Source: an uncultured Holophagales bacterium
Lineage (GTDB): Bacteria; Acidobacteriota; Thermoanaerobaculia; Multivoradales; UBA5704
Assembly: GCA_963842525.1 (NCBI GenBank)
Contig: CAWJGT010000009.1
Coordinates: 224,001 to 288,000, forward strand
DNA: 64,000 bases
Direction: 5' to 3'
Part shown: one piece after another, positions 40,577 to 50,303 of the stretch
Position numbering within the stretch: the first letter of the stretch is position 1
Layout: each line of letters begins with the position of its first letter
Program-made: the position numbers and the translations under genes
Notes under the pieces: model-generated
Told to the model about the DNA's origin: nothing
The model's input: the letters and a program-made list of their open reading frames with translations, nothing else
Database searches by the model: none

Positions 40577-41190
40577 TGTCCCGGCGCCCTTCTCGGCTGC
40601 CTTATTACCTGTCTCCCGAAGCCAACCGGGCCCAGATGGTCGAAATGCAACGGTTCTACGTGACTCGTATTGATTAATACAATCCTAGCTTGGATTTCCA
40701 CGGGAAGTCATTGACCTAACAGAACCCCGTCCCGAGAGGCCGTGCCTTTAAGGGGAAGCCGCAGGCTCCGCTGGTTAGGTCGTCGGGTGCTCTGATACAC
40801 CAACATGCGCGGTCCTATCCGGGACGTTTTGGCCCCAAAACGCCCCAATAACTCCAGAAGAAGGACCGCGCATGAACGCCTATCAGAGCATCAGTCTGGA
40901 TAACGTACGTCGGTCTCGCGCTGCCTCCTCGCTCCATGGAGTTCCAACTGGTAGCGTTAGGCCAATTTCTAGCCCGTGGAAATCCAGGCTAGTCTACTTC
41001 AGCCTCGACGTCAACGCGGGGTGCGCATGTCATATGCACGCTAGCTGGACAGGGTTTGCGCTGGGCTCCTTAGTCGCCCCGAGGCGGGATGCAGGGTGTG
41101 TGGCAGGTCGGGGCTTGGTGATCCCAGCTATGCGAACTGCTTCTCGGAGGCGCAGCCCAGCATCTTTTCCCGGTCAGCCCCCAGCCGGGG
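40577..41190 (+). ncRNA. Unassigned large structured RNA candidate (core 40685-40992)
   Basis: TATAAT at 40565; 20-bp closing IR, three internal arms and further outer stems; mismatches are G-U on the + strand. Confidence 0.6.
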
Positions 41191-41309
41191 CGATGGAAGC
41201 GTGGGGAAGAAATCTCGAAGGGCTCGAAGAGAGGATTTGGAGGGCTTCGGAATTCTGGAGGGCTTCAGGCGGGTTTCTCCAGTCCTCTGACGTTGCGGTG
41301 GCCCGCAGA

Positions 41310-41450
41310 GCCCTCACCCCCTAGCCCTCTCTCGTGCGTCCCGCACCCGCCACCATGAACGGGAGAGGGGTAAACCAGCAGAAACGGGGTGGAAGCGCCC
41401 CTCTCCCGCTCGGGGTAGGAGGTGGTAGTCACGCGGGAGGGGAGGGGGTT
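41310..41450. repeat. Degenerate CCCTCACCCC REP-family doublet
   Basis: Seen directly. Confidence 0.6.
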
Positions 41451-41477
41451 GACGTTCCCGGCAGCTTTCCACCTCCC

Positions 41478-41501
41478 GGGCGGGGTCAAGCCCCGCCCTA
41501 C
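41478..41501 (-). repeat. GTAG-type REP (GTAG-GGCGGGG-CTTGA-CCCCGCC)
   Basis: GTAG tetranucleotide followed by a GC-rich palindrome. Confidence 0.7.
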
Positions 41502-41651
41502 TTCGAAATCCGTCACACAAAGTTAGCGCGTACGGGGTGGAGGGGGTGAGAGACCTCGGCAGACACCTCGCGGACGCTTTTGAGACCGCCTCTGGGAAAG
41601 GGGGAAATTCCGGCCTTGCACCGGCACACGAGTCCGAGGTACGATTTCAAC

Positions 41652-41870
41652 ATGCCGAATGTCAGTCTCAAGGCTCACTACGACGGGAAAACGATCCGCC
41701 TCGACGAACCTTTCGAGCTGCCAAAGGGGGCACAGTTGATCGTCACTGTGCTGGAAGCGGCGCAGCTTGAGCAGGAGAGAGCCGGGTGGAGCGAGCTCAG
41801 CGCCCGCGGGTTGGCGCGTGCCTATGGGGAGTCTGAGCCCGAGTATTCGAGCGCCGACATTCTCCCATGA
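41652..41870 (+). CDS. Antitoxin (AF2212/DUF104-like)
   Basis: LKAHYDGKTIRLDEP; ATGA overlap with toxin. Confidence 0.75.
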   Translation: MPNVSLKAHYDGKTIRLDEPFELPKGAQLIVTVLEAAQLEQERAGWSELSARGLARAYGESEPEYSSADILP

Positions 41871-42215
41871 AAGAGGGCGATGTCCTTCTCGCCCCGTTGC
41901 GCCAGGGTGACGGTACTTTCAAGGATCGGCCTGCCCTCTTCTTGAAGAGAATGCCGCCCTTCCAGGATTTACTCGTCTGCGGTATCAGCACCCAACTCCA
42001 GCAGGCCGTGCCTGAATTCGACGAAACCATTGACCCAACGGATGCCGATTTCCGAACGAGCGGCCTCAAAGCGGCTTCGCTGATTCGGCTCGGCTACTTG
42101 GCGGTCCTCCCACGCTCGGAAGCTCAGGGGGCGCATCGGGAGCGTGTCGACGGCGCGACGCATGCGCCTCCTCACCAGGCTCAGTGATTTTCTTCGCCCT
42201 CCAGCAGAGGGCTAA
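41867..42215 (+). CDS. PemK/MazF-family toxin, frameshift near 42120
   Basis: GDV..K.RPAL..GIST..SGLK..S.IR; IGSVS..LL..LSDFL tail is in the next frame. Confidence 0.8.
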
Positions 42216-42291
42216 CCCCTTCGCCCAACAGCCCCGATGCCGGGCAGGTCAACTGATATGATCCCGCCCGGTGCCTGGGAGGTGACCGACG

Positions 42292-42552
42292 ATGGATGAG
42301 AACTGGGAGACTGCGAAGGTCGTCAACGGTGAGGAGGAGGCCGCGCTGGTGGTCGGCTTCCTGAACAGCAACGGCATCGAGGCTGCGGCCGAGTCGCTTT
42401 TTGCGAGCGAGTTCCCGGCCGAGGTCGGCAGCTTGGCGGAGGTCCGGATCAAGGTCCCTTCGGATCGGCTGGCCGAGGCATTGGCCCTTCTCGAAGAGAG
42501 CGAGCGGGCCGTCGCGGAGGGGAGCGACTTCACGCCTCCGAACGAGGAGTAG
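42292..42552 (+). CDS. DUF2007-like small signalling protein
   Basis: EEEAALVVGFL..GIEA..V.V..AEALALL; GGAGG RBS. Confidence 0.75.
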   Translation: MDENWETAKVVNGEEEAALVVGFLNSNGIEAAAESLFASEFPAEVGSLAEVRIKVPSDRLAEALALLEESERAVAEGSDFTPPNEE

Positions 42553-42561
42553 CCTCCGCCG

Positions 42562-44635
42562 GTGAACAGCCTGGAGAACGGCGCCAGCGTCGGACGCTAC
42601 CGCGTCCTGCAGTTCCTCGGCTCGGGAGCGATGGGTGAGGTCTATCTCGCCGAAGACCCCCAGATCGAGCGGCGGCTGGCGATCAAGACGGTCCGCCTGG
42701 CCGGCCGGGCGCAGGAGATCGAGGACCGCAAGCGGCGGCTGCTGCGCGAGGCGCGCGCCGCCGGCCGGCTGCTCCATCCCAACGTGGTGGCTCTGTTCGA
42801 TGCCGGGGAGCAGGAAGGGCTCCTCTTCCTGGCCTTCGAATTCGTCGAGGGCACGGACCTGGCCGAACGGCTGGAGGCGGGTCCCCCCCTCTCGCTGCGC
42901 GACGTGCTGCGCGTCGTCCGACAGACCGCGGGCGCCCTCGACTACGCCCACCGCCAGGGGATCGTCCATCGTGACATCAAGCCGAGCAACATCCTGCTCG
43001 ACACCGCCGGCCAGGTGAAGGTGGCAGACTTCGGCATCGCCAAGGTGGCGGGCCAGAGCACGGAGCTGACCATGGCCGGCTCGGTGATGGGCAGCCCGCA
43101 GTACCTGTCGCCCGAGCAGATCCGGGGGGAGGAGCTGGACGGCCGTTCCGACATCTTCTCGCTCGGCGTCGTCCTCTACGAGCTGCTGTCGAAGACGCGG
43201 CCGTTCAACGGCGAGACGATCACGACGCTCGTCTACCAGATCCTGCACATGGAGCCGCCGCCGATCTCGGAGCTGCGCTCGGTCCCCGCACGGCTCGAGA
43301 CGCTGCTCCGGCGGATGCTGGCGAAGAACCGCGACGAGCGCTTCGCCGCCGCGAGCGAGATCGCGACGGAGATCGCGACGATCGAGCGCGAGCTGTCGGA
43401 CGAGACGCTCTCGGCACCGGCCTCGGACCTGCCGCTGGAGCCGACCCGCGTCATGACCCGCAATACCGGCGCGGCGCAGCCCCCTGCACCTCAGGTCCCG
43501 CCGCCACCGCCCGCTGCACCTGTCGCAGCCATTCCGCCAGGGCGGGCCGCGGTGGCGCAGAGAGGGCACGGTCCGGCCCTGGCGCTTGCGATCGGCGCGG
43601 TGGTCCTGTTCCTCGGTGTCGTGCTCGCCGGGGGCTGGTATGTGTTCTTCCGGAAGCCGAAAGGGCCGATCGTGGCCGAGGCACAGCCGCCGGCCGGACA
43701 GACCGCTCCAGTGGCCGGCCCCGGGATGTCCGGGAAGCTCCGGGACGCCTTCGATCGGTGAGCCGCCCAAGCAGGTCCCGTCTTCGCCGCCGATCCTTCC
43801 CACGAGCCCGGCCGAGACACCCGCTCGCGGTGCCGTGGAGCCGACCCCGGCGCTGTCCCGGAGCCGGATCGAGGAGACCCCTGCGTCGGCCCCCGTGCGG
43901 CAGCCTCCTCTCGTCACCCGCCCGCAGGACCGACCCGTCCTGCCGCCGCCGGCTGGCTCGTCCGGCCCGCAGCCGTCCACCGGGAGAGAGGCTGCGCCGG
44001 TCCCCTCCAGCGGTACCCGCGAGGAGGCACCCTCGCCCGCGGCTCCGTCGCCGTCCGTGCCCGCCCCCGAGGTCGACCAGGTCCTGCCTACCGGGCTGGA
44101 GGTCGCCTTCCGCGTCACGCCCGCGGACGCCTTCGTGCTGGTCGATCGCGTCCCGATCGGCCGGGCGGCGGAGTGGAGTGGCCTCAAGGGGAACCGCACC
44201 TACGCCCTGGATCCGGGCGACCACCTGATCAGGATCCGGAGCCAGGGGATGAAGGAGCACCGCATCCTCGTCAAGGCGGGCGCGACCGGCGGCGTGACGC
44301 CCATCACCGTGAGCCTCCGCCCACTGGCTGCCGAGACGGCGGACGTCAGCGACCTGCAGACGATCCGCGTGCGCGAGGCCGTCGCCTTCCGGGTCGAGCC
44401 GCCTCTTCCCGGCATCGGCGTCCAGGTGGATGGACAGCCGGTGGGGCGCGCGCGGCAGTTCGCCGGACGGTTGGGACAACCGGCGAGCTGGCTGCGCCTG
44501 ACGCCGGGTACCTACCGGATCAGCCTGGTCGCGCCCGGCTTCCAGCGCCAGGACTTCAAGGTCGAGGTAACCCCCGGGGCCGAGAACGAGCGCGAGCGCA
44601 TCGAGGTGCGGATGACCCGCGGAGGAGGCGGATGA
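42562..44635 (+). CDS. Membrane Ser/Thr protein kinase with Pro-rich linker and PEGA-like domains, frameshift near 43730
   Basis: GSGAMGEV, HRDIKPSN, DFG, YLSPE; TM; PEGA-like repeats in ORF 43586-44635. Confidence 0.88.
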
Positions 44636-45921
44636 TGCGGACCCGCTTTCGAGTCGCCGAGGTGGAAGCCCCCGCCGCGCTGCCCGGCCGGCCGGAGCTC
44701 CACGTGCTGGACAACGGCCTCACCGTCTGCCTGCTGGAGAACCGGCAGGCGCCGATCGTCACCACGGCCCTCTTCTATAAGGCCGGCACGCGCGACGAGC
44801 CGGCGGGGCACGGCGGCGTGGCGCACTTCCTCGAGCACATGATGTTCAAGGGCTCGCCCGCCTATGGTCCCGGCGAGATCGACCGCCGCACGCAGGCCTT
44901 GGGTGGGGTCAACAACGCTTTCACGAGCCACGACGCGACCGGCTATTACTTCAATTTCGCCGCCGACCGCTGGACCGAGGCGCTGGCGATCGAAGCCGAC
45001 CGCATGGCGGAGCTGACCCTCGACTCCGAGCACGTGGCGAGCGAGCGGCAGGTGATCCTGGAAGAGATCGCCATGTACGACAGCGAGCCGTGGGACGCCC
45101 TGGAGATGGCCGTGCACGCGGCGCTCTTCGGGACGCACTCCTACGGCCGGCCGGTGCTCGGCACGCGTGAGGAATTGCTCGCGACCGGAGGAGAGGCCCT
45201 GCGCGACTTCCACGCCCGCTTCTACCGTCCGGACAACGCAGTTCTGGCGGTGACCGGGGAGATCGACGGCCATGCCCTGGAGGCGGTCGCCCGCAGCCTG
45301 GGGCGGCTGCCGCGAGGAGCGGAGCGCCGCAACGGGCCGCTGCCGCCGCGGACCCTGCCGACATCCCTCACGCGGCTCGAACGGCGCAAGGGGGAGGTGG
45401 CGCGGATGATGCTCGCCCTGCCGGCGCCGCCGGGCGACCATCCGGACCACCCGCCGCTGCGGCTCGCCACCACCTTGCTCGCCGGCGGCCGGGTCAGCCG
45501 GCTCCACGCCGCCCTGGTCGACGAAGGCCAGCTCTGCGCCTGGATCTCGGCCGACCTCTCGGAGAGCCTGGACGCCAGCCAGATCACCTTTGCCGCCGAG
45601 GTCGTCCCTGGCATCGAGCCCGCCCATGTAGAGGCGGAGATGCTCCGGCTCCTCGACGAGCTCTTCCGCGACCCGCCGTCCGAGGAGGAGCTCGAGCGCG
45701 CCAAGCAGATCGCCACGGCCGACTGGGTCTTCGGCCACGAGCGGGTCCACCAGCAGGCCCTGTCGCTCGGCCTCGCCGCCACCCTCTTCGGCATCGACCA
45801 CCTGGACTATCAACTGCGGGGCATGATCGAGACCGGGCCGGAGCGCCTGCTCGAGGTCGCCTCGCGCTACCTCCGCCCCGAGCGCGGCGCCGTGCTCGGC
45901 TGGTCGCTGCCGCGCGAGTGA
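44632..45921 (+). CDS. M16 zinc peptidase, catalytic subunit
   Basis: HFLEHMMFKG, NAFTS.D.T, ERQVILEE. Confidence 0.93.
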   Translation: MMRTRFRVAEVEAPAALPGRPELHVLDNGLTVCLLENRQAPIVTTALFYKAGTRDEPAGHGGVAHFLEHMMFKGSPAYGPGEIDRRTQALGGVNNAFTSHDATGYYFNFAADRWTEALAIEADRMAELTLDSEHVASERQVILEEIAMYDSEPWDALEMAVHAALFGTHSYGRPVLGTREELLATGGEALRDFHARFYRPDNAVLAVTGEIDGHALEAVARSLGRLPRGAERRNGPLPPRTLPTSLTRLERRKGEVARMMLALPAPPGDHPDHPPLRLATTLLAGGRVSRLHAALVDEGQLCAWISADLSESLDASQITFAAEVVPGIEPAHVEAEMLRLLDELFRDPPSEEELERAKQIATADWVFGHERVHQQALSLGLAATLFGIDHLDYQLRGMIETGPERLLEVASRYLRPERGAVLGWSLPRE

Positions 45922-47132
45922 CCCTCCCCCTCGAGGATCACCCCATGGACGACCGCGTCCGCCAATGGCGGCTGGACACCCCGGGGTGTGCGCGCCGCAT
46001 CCATTTCAACAACGCCGGCGCGTCCCTGCCGCCGCGGCAGGTGGTGGAGGCGGTCCATCGCCATGTGGACCGCGAGGCCGAGATCGGCGGCTATGAGGCG
46101 GAAGACGAGGCCGCCGAGGCGATCCATGCGGTCTACGGCGACCTCGGCCGGCTCCTCGGCGCCCGCGCGGACAACATGGCCCTGGTCGAGAACGCGACCG
46201 TGGCCGTGGCCCAGGCCCTGTCGGCCTTCGACCTTCAGGCCGGCGACGTGCTGGTGACCACCCACAACGACTACACCTCGAACCAGCTCATGTACCTGTC
46301 GCTCTCGCGGCGGCTCGGCCTCGAGGTCCAGCGGGCCGACGACCTGCCCGAGGGGGGTGTGGATCCCGACTCGGTGCGGCGGCTGGTGGCGCATCCGCGC
46401 TGCCGGCTGGTGTCGCTGACCTGGGTGCCCACCAACTCCGGGCTGGTCCAGCCGGCCGAAGAGGTGGGCGAGATCTGCGAGGCCGCGGGCGTGCCGTACC
46501 TGCTGGACGCCTGCCAGGCGGTCGGCCAGCTTCCGGTCGACGTGGGCCGCCTGCGCTGCGACTTCCTGGCCGGCACCGCGCGCAAGTTCCTGCGCGGGCC
46601 GCGCGGGCTGGGCTTCCTCTACGTGTCGGACCGCCTGCTGGAGCGCGGCGCCTACCCCCTGTTCGTTGACATGCGGGGGGCGGGGCTGATCGATGACTCG
46701 CGCTTCGAGCTCTCCCCGGGGGCCCGCCGCTTCGAAAACTGGGAGTTCTCGCATGCCCTGGTCCTCGGGTTGGGGGAGGCGGCGCGCTACGCCCTGGAGG
46801 TCGGGATCGAGACCGGCGGCGGCCGGGCCCAGGAGCTCGCGGACCGGGTGCGGGAGCGGCTGGCGGCGGTCCCCGGGCTGTGCCTCCACGACCGCGGACC
46901 CCGCCTCTGCGCCATCGTGACGGCCGCGGTCCCGGGCCGCGATGTGGGCGAGATCGTCCGCCGGCTGCGCCAGGAGGGGATCAACTTCCACAACTCGCTC
47001 GGCGGCCCCGGCCCCTTCAATGCCCCGGATGCGCAGGCGACCCCGATCCTGCGCATCTCGCCCCACTACTACAACACCCCGGAGGAGGTCGACACGGCCA
47101 TGACGGCCCTGGAGGCCCTGCTGCATGTCTGA
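45918..47132 (+). CDS. Class V PLP-dependent aminotransferase / C-S lyase
   Basis: FNNAGAS, DACQAVGQ, TARKFLRGPRG, RISPHYYN. Confidence 0.88.
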   Translation: MTLPLEDHPMDDRVRQWRLDTPGCARRIHFNNAGASLPPRQVVEAVHRHVDREAEIGGYEAEDEAAEAIHAVYGDLGRLLGARADNMALVENATVAVAQALSAFDLQAGDVLVTTHNDYTSNQLMYLSLSRRLGLEVQRADDLPEGGVDPDSVRRLVAHPRCRLVSLTWVPTNSGLVQPAEEVGEICEAAGVPYLLDACQAVGQLPVDVGRLRCDFLAGTARKFLRGPRGLGFLYVSDRLLERGAYPLFVDMRGAGLIDDSRFELSPGARRFENWEFSHALVLGLGEAARYALEVGIETGGGRAQELADRVRERLAAVPGLCLHDRGPRLCAIVTAAVPGRDVGEIVRRLRQEGINFHNSLGGPGPFNAPDAQATPILRISPHYYNTPEEVDTAMTALEALLHV

Positions 47133-48336
47133 CCAGTTGGCCATGCGGGTGCGCCGGGTGGAAGGGGCGCCGGTCGTGGCCGTGCGCCTCTGGTTCCGTG
47201 CCGGCGCGCGGGTCGAGACCATTCCGGGGCAGGCCCTCCTGACCGGCCGCATGCTCACCGAAGGGACCCGCACGCGGGACTGGCGGAAGATCGCCGACGA
47301 CGCCGAGAGCAAGGGGATGATCCTCTCCAGCTACGGCACCTTCGAGTGCCACGGCGTGACCGTCGACGCCCTGGCGCGCGACTGGGAGCAGGCGCTGGAC
47401 TGGGCGGTCGAGCTGCTCTTCGATTCCTCCTTTCCCGAGGACCGTTGCGCCTGGACGGCCAAGCAGGCCGCTGCGGAGCTCGAAAGCCTGGCCGACCAGC
47501 CGGACGTCAAGACCGCCTGGGGCTTCCTCGACCAGCTCTACGCGCCCCATCCGCGCCGCCGGCCGCTCCACGGCAGCGTCGACAGCCTGCTCGGCCTGAC
47601 CCCGGACGACTGCCTCGGGTTCCATCGCGCCGCTCTCCAGCAGGGGATGCTGGCCACCGTGGCGGGAGTCCTCGACGAGGACGCCGTGCGCGCGAGGCTC
47701 GAACGGCTCCTCTCCGGTTTCGAGACCGTACCGGCCCCTTTCCCGGAGCCGCCGGCACCGGCCGGCCTGCCGGACCGCTATCTCGTGGAGACCGAGGCCG
47801 AGGACCAGGCCCACCTCTACATCGGTCACCTCACGGTGCCGCGGCACCATCCGGATTTCACCGCTCTGGAGCTGGTGGCGGTGGTCCTCGGCTCGGGCGC
47901 GGGGCTCACCGGCCGCATCCCGATGCGCATCCGCGAGCAGGAGGGCCTCGCCTACAGCGCCCACGCCCAGACCGTTGCCGGCGCCGGGCTCGACCCCGGC
48001 CGGCTGGTCGCCTATGTAGGAACCGCCCCGGCCACGGTGGAGAAGGCCGAAACGGGCGTCAAAGAGGAGATCGCCCGTCTGGTCGAGGGCGGAATCGAGG
48101 AGTCCGAGCTGGAGGAGGCCCGCTCCTACCTCCTCGGCCGCGAGCCCTTCCGCCGGGAGACCGCCCGCCAATGGGCCGACCTGCTGACCGAGGCCGCGCA
48201 GTACGACCTCCCCCTGGACGACCCCGCCCTGCGTGAACAGGAGCTGCGGGCCCTCGACCTCGCGACCATCCAGGACGTCATCCGCCGCCACCTCCGGCCG
48301 CAGGATCTGCGGGTGACCGTGGGATTGCCGGGGTAA
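47125..48336 (+). CDS. M16 peptidase, non-catalytic subunit
   Basis: No HxxEH; R..IREQEGLAYS motif. Confidence 0.88.
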   Translation: MSDQLAMRVRRVEGAPVVAVRLWFRAGARVETIPGQALLTGRMLTEGTRTRDWRKIADDAESKGMILSSYGTFECHGVTVDALARDWEQALDWAVELLFDSSFPEDRCAWTAKQAAAELESLADQPDVKTAWGFLDQLYAPHPRRRPLHGSVDSLLGLTPDDCLGFHRAALQQGMLATVAGVLDEDAVRARLERLLSGFETVPAPFPEPPAPAGLPDRYLVETEAEDQAHLYIGHLTVPRHHPDFTALELVAVVLGSGAGLTGRIPMRIREQEGLAYSAHAQTVAGAGLDPGRLVAYVGTAPATVEKAETGVKEEIARLVEGGIEESELEEARSYLLGREPFRRETARQWADLLTEAAQYDLPLDDPALREQELRALDLATIQDVIRRHLRPQDLRVTVGLPG

Positions 48337-48528
48337 AGCGCGTACCGCGGCCAGTCGAGCCGAAGATCACCACGGCAATCAGCCGCTCGCCTGAAACCTC
48401 CTCGCGCAGATCCCGCTCACCGTCGCCACCTTCGCGGCCCTTTGCCTCGCCATCGTGGGCATCGCTGCCGCCGTGGGCACCCAGCCATCCTTTCGAGGCG
48501 TCACGGTCGGCTTCAGCCTCCTCTTCGT

Positions 48529-49013
48529 CAGCTCGCACTGGAGTAGCGTCCCGAGACACTGGCCCAGCGGACGCTCCGCAAAGCCAGTGTGAGCTCACAC
48601 TGGCGCAGCGTCTCGGGACGCTGGCCCAGCGTGCGCTCCGCAAACCCAGCGTGAGCTCACACTGGAACAGAGTCCCGGGACGCTGGCTCAGCGTGTGCTC
48701 CGCAAAGCCAGCGTGAGCTCACGCTGGAACAGAGTGTCGGGACGCTGGCTCAGCGTGTGCTCCGCAAACCCAGCGTGAGCTCACGCTGGAACAGAGTGTC
48801 GGGACGCTGGCTCAGCGTGTGCTCCGCAAACCCAGCGTGAGCTCACGCTGGAACAGAGTGTCGGGACGCTGGCTCAGCGTGTGCTCCGCAAACCCAGCGT
48901 GAGCTCACGCTGGAACAGAGTGTCGGGACACTGGCCCAGCGTGTGCTCCGCAAACCCAGCGTGAGCTCACGCTGGAGCAGAGTCCCGGGACGCTGGCTCA
49001 GCGTGTGCTCCGC
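48529..49013. repeat. 62-bp tandem repeat, about 7.8 copies
   Basis: GAGCTCAC recurs at 48591, 48653, 48715, 48777, 48839, 48901 and 48963. Confidence 0.95.
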
Positions 49014-49063
49014 GGCGCGCCTGATCCTGGATCAGAGGTGGCTGTTGCTGAAGCTGTAACGTG

Positions 49064-49270
49064 TCAGTTGTCCCCTCCGCAGGGTGGCGGCGGGGCGCAG
49101 AGGAGGTCCACGCAGCTCCGACCGCAGCACTGCATGTAGCAGCAGACATAGCCGCACGGGTTCGGGGTGGTGCAATAGGTGATGCAGTCGTCGGCGTTGG
49201 CCGGAGCCAGGGGGAGGAGAGCGGCCGTGGAGATGACCAGGGCCAGGATCACCAACATGAGCTTGCGCAT
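49064..49270 (-). CDS. Secreted cysteine-rich peptide (68 aa, 10 Cys in mature part)
   Basis: AGGAGG RBS; signal peptide ending ANA; DDCITYCTTPNPCGYVCCYMQCCGRSCVDLLCAPPPPCGGDN. Confidence 0.8.
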   Translation of the reverse strand: MRKLMLVILALVISTAALLPLAPANADDCITYCTTPNPCGYVCCYMQCCGRSCVDLLCAPPPPCGGDN

Positions 49271-49299
49271 GTTCAGAAACCTCCTGTCTTCTTCGTCCG

Positions 49300-49461
49300 T
49301 TAGCACTGGTCGAGCGACGGGGGCGGAGGACAGCTATCCGACATCCCGCAACAGACTTGGGGCTTGACCGTCGCGGCGCCATTGGCGTCGGCGAGCTTGC
49401 CGTCCTCCAGCCGGACGAGGGTCTCCCGGTTGAGGGTCAGCCGCTTTATCTTTTTCTTCAT
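49300..49461 (-). CDS. RiPP (lanthipeptide-like) precursor, 53 aa, not in the ORF track
   Basis: AAGGAG RBS; MKKKIKRLTLNRETLVRLEDGKLADANGA-ATVKPQVCCGMSDSCPPPPSLDQC. Confidence 0.75.
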   Translation of the reverse strand: MKKKIKRLTLNRETLVRLEDGKLADANGAATVKPQVCCGMSDSCPPPPSLDQC

Positions 49462-49616
49462 GACTGTCTCCTTTTAAGTCGTCTCTGAAGAAGAAGTGCT
49501 TCACGATGTGCCATTGGGGACTTCAGGCAGAGCTTGGGCTCCTCCGCCTCTGATTGACAGCCCGAGCGCGCCGCCCGAGAATGGCTTCGGTTCCGTTAGC
49601 GAAAGGCCCATTGGGA

Positions 49617-50303
49617 ATGGACAAGCCCGTCGTTTTCATCAGCTCCACCTCGGACCTGTCCGAGGAGAGGAGAGCCCTGCTCGCCAGCCTGGGACCGCTC
49701 TATGAGCCGTATCTCTACGAGGAGGACCGGGCCCGGCGGGGCAGCCCGGAGGAGCGCTGCCGCGAGATGATCGAGAGCTCCCACGTGTTCGTGGGCGTCC
49801 TCGGCGCCACATACGGTACCCCGTTCCCGAGCGATCCGCAGCGCTCCATCGTCGAATGGGAGATCGATACGGCCCGCCGCTGCGAGAACGTGGAGATCAT
49901 GGCCTTCCTGAAGAAGCTGCCGCCCGGGGCCGAGGTCGACCCGCGTCAGAAGCAGCTTCTCGACCGGGTCACCGCCTTCGAGAGCGGCTTCTGGTGCAAG
50001 GCCTTCGAGTCGACGGACAGCTTGGTCCAGCTCGTCCGCAGCTCGCTGGAGGGCTGGCTCGTCGAGTTCTGGGGCCGGGTGCAACAACGGCAGCTCCGGG
50101 GGGCTCTCAGCCTCCACAAGATCCTGGCCGCGGTCGCGGCGGTGTTAGTCCTGGGCCTCGTCGTGCTCGCTGCGACTCCGCTGCGCTCTCAATTCACGGC
50201 CACGTCCCTGTTCGTCGCGAGCGGTGCGATCGCGGCGCTCGTCCTGCTCTGTATTGTCCTGCTGGTCGCCGAGACCGGAGGTCGCCATGGCCACACTGGA
50301 TAG
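49617..50303 (+). CDS. DUF4062-domain protein with two C-terminal TM helices
   Basis: VFISSTSDL.EER..FVGVLG..YGT..SIVEWE. Confidence 0.8.
   Translation: MDKPVVFISSTSDLSEERRALLASLGPLYEPYLYEEDRARRGSPEERCREMIESSHVFVGVLGATYGTPFPSDPQRSIVEWEIDTARRCENVEIMAFLKKLPPGAEVDPRQKQLLDRVTAFESGFWCKAFESTDSLVQLVRSSLEGWLVEFWGRVQQRQLRGALSLHKILAAVAAVLVLGLVVLAATPLRSQFTATSLFVASGAIAALVLLCIVLLVAETGGRHGHTG

Noticed and set aside
40713-40781. attC site (ACCTAAC...GTTAGGT)
   Set aside because: R boxes fit but there are no complementary L boxes; better explained as one arm of the larger RNA fold
40872-41324. 150-aa ORF
   Set aside because: Its ATG lies inside a long stem, codon usage is atypical, no motifs are recognisable, and it ends in a REP
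48529-49013. CRISPR or TIGR array
   Set aside because: Whole units are near-identical with no variable spacers, and no associated effector gene is adjacent
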